64,000 nt of DNA, taken from positions 175,014-239,013 of the forward strand of contig PDIP01000051.1 of assembly GCA_002811645.1 (NCBI GenBank), in the 5' to 3' direction. Below are positions 1 through 8,026 of the stretch, piece after piece. Every line of letters begins with the position of its first letter. Position 1 is the first letter of the stretch. The notes below the pieces were generated by a model, which had not been told where the DNA came from, did no database searches, and saw nothing but the letters and a program-made list of their open reading frames with translations. The position numbers and the translations under genes were made by a program. This DNA is from Corallochytrium limacisporum Hawaii. Taxonomy: Eukaryota > Protista > Pluriformea.

Positions 1-2081
1 TAAATAATCATATAAATCACGATCCGGTATATATTTTCGAACGAAAATTTTGGTTGGATACGGAGTATACATTCAACTCAGAGGATAGTACTAAGTACTC
101 GCTCCCCCTGCCCCGGGGGGAGGGGGGGGCAAACAGATCCGCATTTATTTTTTTGCCCTCCATTTTTTCCTTTTTATGTTTTTTTTTCCTCTTAAATTCG
201 CTTCCCCCGGATATTTCGCTGGGTCTTGGCTGTTCGTCATTTTCCCCGGAAGGTTTCAAAGCAGAAAAATTGTATTAACGCCAGTTTTTTAATTGACGAG
301 TTTGTAACCCACCCCCCCCCTTCACCTCCCCACCAACTCCAGCCCAAAACTATCAACCAAACAAAAAAAGAAAAAAAAAACTAGCCGGCTTTGCTAGGGT
401 GAAGGAAGCCACGGGTCCTGCTGCCCTTTGGTATCTCTCCTTATTTTTTGTTTTTTTAGATTTTTGCTTAGGCGCCGTTATCTAACGAAAGGAACAAAAA
501 CCGAAGGAGGTTCGTGGCGGGTTGTCTTAAAACCAAAGGAGGAGGGGTTGGGGAGGAGGGGTGGTGGCTGGGGGTGTCGATGGGAAAAATGAGTTGGTCG
601 ATGGGGGTCATCTACACCAGCACTTGACGCAGTTCGGGAAAGGCATATTTAAATATACGGATATCTATAATATATACAATTCTGTACCATAGATAGTTAT
701 AAATATTCATATTTAATATACCGATTATTTAAATTTACGCTCAGACCCACGGTTGATGCGCCCTGTGTTGGGTGCTTTACCGTGCCTGGGCTCCTGTTCC
801 GTCGGGCACAAATTGTCTCACCCCTCCTTCGTGCACTGATAGATTCGCCCAGCGGGGAGGTCGTATCGGGCGGGCGAGGGAAAGTTTTGTCTCCCCTCCT
901 CCCTCGCGGGGCTTTCCTCTTTTCTTTTTGTCTAATTTGCCAGGTGGCCCGAACCATCCGGAAAACCTCCCCCCCCCAGCGGGGCGGGTGGTAATCGCGC
1001 TGAGCCCACTTGTGAACGGAGGGAGGGCTGACGCTGGGCTGACTGTCGCACACGCCACGCCACGGCCGAACAACGGCCCTCACCACGCACGCACCCCATG
1101 CACGCACGCCCGAGCTGCCCCACAGACACACACAATTAAAACTCAAACACGTTCTCCCAATTAAACACAATCCTGCGCCGACGTCCCCAAGTCCCCGTGC
1201 CTTACGGTACCCAAAGGTTAGCTGCTGTGTCCGTCGCATGCATGGGTTCTCGGTCTGGGACCACGGGGCATTACCAGGAAACGGGCGGTACTTTCTTTAC
1301 TTTTGCTCCAAAAGGTCCTGTCGGGCCTGTGTAACAATGGGCCATAGAAATTGTAAGGATCTGGGGCGGGAGGGGGGTTGGTTGGTATTCAACCAAAACT
1401 TGGGACCCGAGCTATTTTGGATTTTTTTCTTCCCGTTCTTTCGTGCTTCCGTACTGAGCGGCAGTAAAGGAAGGGGGGTTTCCGGGTCGATTGGTGGTGG
1501 TGGAGCCACCCCCCCCCCGGGGGAGGGGGGAGGGAGGGGAAGAGATTTGGAATAGAAAGAGGAAACGCGGATAGACGAAGAAAGGCCACCGGTGCTCCGG
1601 CGGGGGGCCAGGTGGGAAGCGGAGAGCGAAGAGCAGCGGAGTGAAGCGCGTTGGACGTAGGTAGGTAGGTAGGTAGGGGGGGGGGAGAGTTTTGTTCTGT
1701 GGACAACCCCGCACGGGGGTTCTGGTAATAAAGAAATGAAAAAAAAGGGCCCACTCGGCCCGTGGAAAGCGGGACGGACGAAGGAAGGAAAAGAGGGGAG
1801 AAGGACGAGAGAGAGCGAGAGAGAGAGAGAGGGAGCGAGCGTTGGGAGAGGCCCCCGCGGGGGAGGAGGGGACGGAAACGAAGGAAGGGCGGGCTGGAAT
1901 AGAGAAGGATCGGCAAGAAAAAAAGAGGGGAGAGAGAAAAAGGGACGAGGGGGGACCCAGGGGCGGTAGAGTAGAAGCGGGAGGCGGGTCTCAGTGGCAA
2001 AATTTCTGTAGCGGACAGTGTGTGCCCAAGGGTAATACGCGCAATCGGGCCGAAACGAAAGCCACTGTGCATTTGCTGCCG

Positions 2082-2246
2082 ATGGCGCGTCCTTCCCTTA
2101 TCTTTCTAATTTTGGTTGTCTTTGTGGCGATTTGGAATGTATTCGTGGGTATCGTTGTATTGCCTGCCGTGCAAGGCGGAGACGACACCTTGATGACGGC
2201 AAGCGAAATGCACAAAAGGTACTTCGGAACGTGTAAGAGAGCGTAG
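2082..2246 (+). CDS. Possible 54-aa single-TM micropeptide or uORF upstream of SLC4A11-like gene
   Basis: ATG at 2082 opens MARPSLIFLILVVFVAIWNVFVGIVVLPAVQGG...; long hydrophobic segment; no recognised homology. Confidence 0.25.
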   Translation: MARPSLIFLILVVFVAIWNVFVGIVVLPAVQGGDDTLMTASEMHKRYFGTCKRA

Positions 2247-2478
2247 ACTGATGATGGACTTTAGGAATATTCTTCCGTGCCAAAGGCAAAGAAAACTAGA
2301 ATTCTTTGTCACTTATTCATTCCAGCATATATTTCGTTCGACCTAGTTAAACAGAAAGAGAAATAGAGAGACATATAGAACCAGGATCAGGGAAAGCGAC
2401 TTCCAAAGATTTACTAGCCGCATATTTTGACTGGCGTTCAAATTTTTAGCCTAGAAACAGAAGTTCATCAGACGAGTC

Positions 2479-5229
2479 ATGGTAGACTCTGAGAAAAGCG
2501 ATGGTAAGGGCCATGCCGCCATCACAGAAACTTCGGGATCGGAAACGGGGTCTACATCGCCTGTCGCCGACCGTCCCGTTATGGTGCGTAACCGGACGAT
2601 GAGCGACAAGACTGGGACGCAAACGTTCACAGACTACATGACAGCCAACTTTAGCCTACACGACAACTCTTCAAAAGCAGCTTACCGTGCGCATGAAGCC
2701 ATGCATGCCTACCTACCAATCAGCAATAAGGTTGTGCTGTGCGACTACGAAGAATTGGAGCAAAAGAAAGTCTACGAAGAGATTCGCGCGCGCAAGGATC
2801 TCATCGCTTTTGCTGAGGACACGCGGCATTTTAAGGTATTCCTAGATTTAAGGGAAAAGAGTGTGAACGATATTGTACAAACTATGCTCAAAGCCATGCT
2901 CGCGGATACTGAGGATGGTGTAGATATTACGGAGCCTCGGGATGAGCTTGTCATCTCGGCAAAGCAGGCATTGTTGGGACCAAAGCACAAGGGGGCAGCA
3001 AAATGTGATGACGATAACAGACATTGGGAGCGTAGTATTCAGGGGCCGAATTACCTTCTGGCTTTGGGAGACGTACTCGGTCTTCAGAAGCGCCTTATTG
3101 GCCTTGCCATCCTGCACCGTCCTACCAACCTGGGCACGTGGAACGAGGATCTGACGCAGTTCGTGGTCATTATCCTTGGACCAAGTGTGGAAGTTAAGGA
3201 GACCAAGAGCGTCTTTGAGACTGGCCGCACATTCGCTTCTCTTCTATCAGACATTAGTTTCTTCCACGAAACGAAGAACGCAAGCGATGAGAACGAGGTT
3301 CGAGAAGCCATGATCGAGTACGTGGAATACCAACAGAAGTTGGCGGACTTCACGGCACAGGAGCAAGAACGTCTACTTGCGTTCCGCTCGAAGGGTCTAA
3401 AGGCCAAAGATGTGAGCGCAATGGCCGCAGGTGAAATTCCTGCGTCTTTGAAACAGCTGACTGAGGAGGACAGAAACTTTTTCGGTGGCAGCCAGCGCAC
3501 CAAGCGCAAGTGGACAGAGTACCTTAGTAAGATCCCAGGCCGGGGCATTGCCCGCGATTTCATGCGCCGCAAGCCTCACTACTTTTCTGATTGGACTGAC
3601 GGTCTAGGTGACGGACATTCCCTACGAACCTACCTGTCTACTATTGTATTTTTCTTCTTCGCCATCATCCTACCATCTGTAGCCTTCGGCACCATCAACA
3701 ACAAGAACACCGACGGTGACATTGGTGTTCTGGAGACGCTCGCGAGTCAGGCCATGTGTGGCATGCTGTACTCTGTCTTTGCCGGCCAACCTCTGACGAT
3801 CATCATGACCACCGGTCCGATCACCGTGTATATTGAGGTTCTGAGCAGCTGGACCGAGTCCCTGGACGTCGACTTCCTGCCATTCTACGCGTGGACTGGC
3901 CTGTGGACAGCGCTGTTCCTGATCCTCATTGCCGTCTTTGACATTAGCTCCTTCATCCGCTACTGCGGTGCCTTCACCGAGGAAATATTCGCCATGCTCA
4001 TCTCCGCAATTTTCATCGGTGAGTTTGTGAAGATGATTGTGGACTCGGCCAATGCAGATCCTCAGGATGTTATTCTGCTGCAGTTCACTCTCGCCTTCCT
4101 GACCTACTACATTGCGAGGCAGCTGCTACTTATCCGCCGTTCGTTCCTCCTCCGGCCCCTGGTGCGCACCATTCTGTCTGATTTCGGTGCTCCCTTCGCC
4201 GTGCTGGTAATGTCTGGCTTTGCGGCTATCTTCAACGACATTGAGGTTCCAAAACTAGAGGTTCCCGGCGGTGTTGGCCTCCAGACGTCGTCCGGTCGGT
4301 CCTGGATCGTCAATATCTTCTCCATCAACGTTGAGCACATCTTTCTGGCCCTCATTCCTGGTCTGCTGCTGACCACCCTTTTCTTCCTTGACCAGAATAT
4401 TTCCAGCATCCTGGTCAACGACCCGAACAACAAATTGCTCAAGGGTAATGCCTACCACCTGGACATGCTCTGCATCGGCTGCATGGTTGCACTGTGTTCC
4501 ATTCTGGGCATTCCGTGGGTCCACGCTGCCTTGCCGCATTCTCCCATGCACGCCCGTGCCTTGGCTGAGGTTGAGGAGTACCAGATGCACGGTCGTGAGT
4601 GCTCTCGCGTTGTCTTTGCTCGCGAGACGCGCCACACGGCCTTCTGGGCAAACTTGTTCATTGGCATAGTCCTCCTCTGTGGTCGTGACATTCTGAAGCT
4701 AATTCCGCAGGCAGTGACAACCGGATTCTTGTTGTACATGGGTGTTACGTCATTAGACGGAAATCAGCTCTGGGAACGCACCCTTCTCTACTTTACGCAG
4801 CAAGAGAAATTCCCACCAAACCACTACGTTCGTCGCGTACCCCTGCGCACCATTCATCTCTTCACGGCCGTGCAGCTGGTCTGTTTGGTCGTTCTCTGGT
4901 TTGTCAAGGCCAACTTCTACATACCCGGAGATCCAGTCATGAATACCGGTCTGCTGTTCCCAATGGTGATCGGGCTCTTCATACCGCTGCGCCTGAGCGT
5001 CCTACCGAAGTACTTCAGCGAAAAAGATCTCTTCTGGCTTATCGGCGATGGCCACGGCACACCGGAGGGTCTCGAATTCCCGTTCGAGCTCGACGAACAA
5101 GAACAGCTTCCTTACAGCGATGAGGATAGCCAGCGCCTACGGAATGCGTCCTCTTATCGTCGACTACAGCGGTCCCACTCTCCAGCCAAGCAACACACGA
5201 ACTTTGTGGAAGAGGGAATCAATGTCTAA
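2479..5229 (+). CDS. SLC4A11: SLC4 family anion/borate transporter, SLC4A11-like
   Basis: 916-aa ORF; cytosolic N-domain (RPTNLG...FVVIILGP...ETGRTFASLLSD); TM domain with AGQPL, TTGPI, FTEEIF, FLDQNI, AYHLD, HAALPHSPMH, PPNHYVRRVP motifs typical of the SLC4A11 branch. Confidence 0.9.
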   Translation: MVDSEKSDGKGHAAITETSGSETGSTSPVADRPVMVRNRTMSDKTGTQTFTDYMTANFSLHDNSSKAAYRAHEAMHAYLPISNKVVLCDYEELEQKKVYEEIRARKDLIAFAEDTRHFKVFLDLREKSVNDIVQTMLKAMLADTEDGVDITEPRDELVISAKQALLGPKHKGAAKCDDDNRHWERSIQGPNYLLALGDVLGLQKRLIGLAILHRPTNLGTWNEDLTQFVVIILGPSVEVKETKSVFETGRTFASLLSDISFFHETKNASDENEVREAMIEYVEYQQKLADFTAQEQERLLAFRSKGLKAKDVSAMAAGEIPASLKQLTEEDRNFFGGSQRTKRKWTEYLSKIPGRGIARDFMRRKPHYFSDWTDGLGDGHSLRTYLSTIVFFFFAIILPSVAFGTINNKNTDGDIGVLETLASQAMCGMLYSVFAGQPLTIIMTTGPITVYIEVLSSWTESLDVDFLPFYAWTGLWTALFLILIAVFDISSFIRYCGAFTEEIFAMLISAIFIGEFVKMIVDSANADPQDVILLQFTLAFLTYYIARQLLLIRRSFLLRPLVRTILSDFGAPFAVLVMSGFAAIFNDIEVPKLEVPGGVGLQTSSGRSWIVNIFSINVEHIFLALIPGLLLTTLFFLDQNISSILVNDPNNKLLKGNAYHLDMLCIGCMVALCSILGIPWVHAALPHSPMHARALAEVEEYQMHGRECSRVVFARETRHTAFWANLFIGIVLLCGRDILKLIPQAVTTGFLLYMGVTSLDGNQLWERTLLYFTQQEKFPPNHYVRRVPLRTIHLFTAVQLVCLVVLWFVKANFYIPGDPVMNTGLLFPMVIGLFIPLRLSVLPKYFSEKDLFWLIGDGHGTPEGLEFPFELDEQEQLPYSDEDSQRLRNASSYRRLQRSHSPAKQHTNFVEEGINV

Positions 5230-5654
5230 TCCATCACATTATCATGGCCATGACCACCATGATTTGCTCATCCAATCATAGTCTTTCTTCTCATGAACAG
5301 AACATTTACCATCATAATCAACACCATTTCATGTCATGTCAAACATAAGTTCTCATATGTATGCTTAATAGAAACCCATTAAACTACGGTATGCAACAGG
5401 TCATCAATTAGCAAAGTGTTTACTGTTGTGCAACACCCAATCAAACCCGATTCACGCAACCACAGGCACAGGCACAACGGAAGGCGAACGGCAAGAACGT
5501 AGCCACCCTCTCTGGAAAACTACGAAGAAAAAAAAAAGGGGGAAAATTTTGCGAGTACACCGCGCACCCGATGGGGTTGGTGCCACCCGCGTCCTGACCC
5601 ACCGTCCATTAGGCCGGCGCACTTTCACGTCACCCGCAGGGCTTCTCTTCTCCT

Positions 5655-5670
5655 CCCCCCGGGGGGGGGG
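5655..5670. promoter_or_regulatory. C6G10 palindromic tract, candidate promoter element upstream of CYP gene
   Basis: ccccccgggggggggg about 500 bp upstream of the ATG at 6171; the same motif class recurs upstream of most genes. Confidence 0.4.
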
Positions 5671-6170
5671 TCCCCCCTTCCTCCTCGCTCCCGAGCCCAA
5701 AGAGAATTTATACCGAAACACAGTCTCCAGCGGGCCAAGGGGGCCCAAAAGAGTCTCTCTGCGGAAAACGAGGGGGGTACGACAAAACTCCGGGAGGGGT
5801 CGGTTCTCAACTCGGAAAGGCAAAGGAAAGGACCGAAAAAAGCAAAATAAAAGCACCAGAAGTACGAAAAAGCCAAACGGGATACAATGATGCTCCGCTA
5901 GAGAAAGGAATGAATAGCGAAGTGTACCGGAGTGCACTTGGCACCAGTTTCGGCCATTGGGACCATTCTTGATGATTGGTTTCTGTCTTCGCATTTCGGC
6001 GTGATGCGAAATATGCAGGACGGTGTCGCGATCACGGTATGGTATTTGGGATATTGGTATCCATTGCTTACTGTTGGCGATGGCGATGCACTAAAGTTTC
6101 GACTACCAGTCCAATACAACGGTTCTAATCGTATCCACGACATAGGATATAGGTGAACAACGTCAGAAAC

Positions 6171-7754
6171 ATGGTCAGCCCGGTAACAATAGCGGTCCTG
6201 GCCGTGATTGTGGCGATCGTTTATTGGAAGGTATTTCGGCGGGATCCTCGGGAAAACTCAGTGTTCAAGGGGGGCAAGTCCTTGCAGTCGATACCCGGGC
6301 CGGAGGGCAAGCCAATATTGGGAGTTATTGGCGACTTTGAAGGTGATTGTTTCCACCGCTATGTCTACGATCTGCATGTCAAGTATGGACCTGTGGTTCG
6401 CATTGCCCTTGGCCCTTCCACCTGGCTTAGTGTCGCCGATCCATCCTGGGTGTCTGAGATTCTTCACGACAAACGGAAAGCTTTCACAAACTCTGACGTC
6501 TTCCGCAATGTCTTTGGTTTCTACTTCCCTAACTCCGTGATCTGTGTCGAAGGTGACGAATGGAAGGTCCATCGTCGCATTGTCCACAGTGCGATTACGG
6601 CCATGAAGCCCGCGAAATGGCTACCTGTAGTCAAGAAAGTAGCAGAACGCCGGCTGGACCCAGTCTTGGAGTCCGCAGCTACAGACGGGCATGCTGTCGA
6701 TGTCGAAGATGCGGTTGGATCTACCCTGTTTGAGAGTTTCCTGCGCTTCGGCTATGGCATTGCAGAGCCTGATACGGACCAGGGTAAAGAAGAAGAGATG
6801 CAACAGTACGAGAACGCTAAGGTAATCAGCGGAAGCCTGAGCATTCGGTCTATGTTGCCGGTTCGGGCGCTTTGGTACTTGCCTACGGAATACAATCGTC
6901 GCGTGGATGCAAGCTACCAGGGCATGAAAGAGTACGTGACACGGGTTGTGAACGCTCGTAAGGAGTACCTTGATCGCCATCCCGCGGATGCCAGCGACAA
7001 TTTATTAGACGGGCTTATCATAGCTAGCCAGAGCGAACGGGTCAGTGACGCTGCCGTTGCAGACAATGTCATGACGCTTTTCTTTGCTGCGTATGACACA
7101 ACCTCGAACACGTTTGCAGCAATGATGAGCCACTTGGCCCTGAACCCTACTTGTCAGGAGCGACTCCGCAATGATCTGCGAGCATGGGACCGGAACACTG
7201 CGGGCGACGTTACATTGCTTGCGGACGAGGTGCCATACCTAGACTGGTGCATCTATGAGAGCCAGCGCCTCCATGCAGCCGCGTTTGCGTTTGCGCGCAC
7301 AGTGACGGAGCCGGTGCAGGTAGCTGGCATCAACATGCCCACAGGAACGTATTGCTTAATCAACAACATGTTCATGGGGCGCCACGCAAAACAGTTCGAG
7401 CTCAAGGATAGCGGCTTGATTAAAGCGGACTCCAGCGCACTCATCCGCCCCTCCAATGTTCCAGACGGTGATGACGCGCACGGATTCAGACCCGAACGGT
7501 GGGCTGACGATAATTTGCGGAAGCGAGTGAACCTTGAGTACGCTTTCAATCCATTTGGCGCAGGCGGACGCATGTGTCCGGGGTCGAAACTCGCCTTGAA
7601 CGAGATGCGCGTAATGGCCGCCAACATGCTCATGCAGTATTGTTTCAAACCAGATCCGGAGAATCCAATTGACTACACGTGCCGACTGGCCATGGGTCCC
7701 AAAGACGGTGGCTGGGTGCTGGTGCAACGAGTGACGCCTGCAGACGGTGCGTGA
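6171..7754 (+). CDS. Cytochrome P450, microsomal type
   Basis: N-terminal TM anchor, PGP hinge, I-helix FAAYDTT, K-helix ESQR, PERW, heme motif PFGAGGRMCPG; first ATG at 6171 (ORF track starts at GTG 6153). Confidence 0.95.
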   Translation: MVSPVTIAVLAVIVAIVYWKVFRRDPRENSVFKGGKSLQSIPGPEGKPILGVIGDFEGDCFHRYVYDLHVKYGPVVRIALGPSTWLSVADPSWVSEILHDKRKAFTNSDVFRNVFGFYFPNSVICVEGDEWKVHRRIVHSAITAMKPAKWLPVVKKVAERRLDPVLESAATDGHAVDVEDAVGSTLFESFLRFGYGIAEPDTDQGKEEEMQQYENAKVISGSLSIRSMLPVRALWYLPTEYNRRVDASYQGMKEYVTRVVNARKEYLDRHPADASDNLLDGLIIASQSERVSDAAVADNVMTLFFAAYDTTSNTFAAMMSHLALNPTCQERLRNDLRAWDRNTAGDVTLLADEVPYLDWCIYESQRLHAAAFAFARTVTEPVQVAGINMPTGTYCLINNMFMGRHAKQFELKDSGLIKADSSALIRPSNVPDGDDAHGFRPERWADDNLRKRVNLEYAFNPFGAGGRMCPGSKLALNEMRVMAANMLMQYCFKPDPENPIDYTCRLAMGPKDGGWVLVQRVTPADGA

Positions 7755-8026
7755 TTGGTCGGCACCTTCTTCCCGCGTGCCTGCGCCAACGCCATCAGAA
7801 TTGTCATCATTATTAGGTCAAGAGAACGAATAGACAGATTAGTAACGTTTTGTTTTAGCACCCCGCCCCCATGACTATCTCTAAACAAACCTATTTGATT
7901 CTATTGCGATACAACCATCACTGAACACAAAATAGTGTAAGGCGACATACTCTTGCATTTGTCACTTCCTGCGACGACTACATATCAAGTGAGAGCAGTT
8001 GAGGTACTTACTTTGTCCGGTCTCCA

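Noticed and set aside
697-2072. 100-227 aa ORFs in the first 2 kb and likewise in 61.9-63.6 kb
   Set aside because: Promoter-like low-complexity islands with no protein-like composition or motifs.
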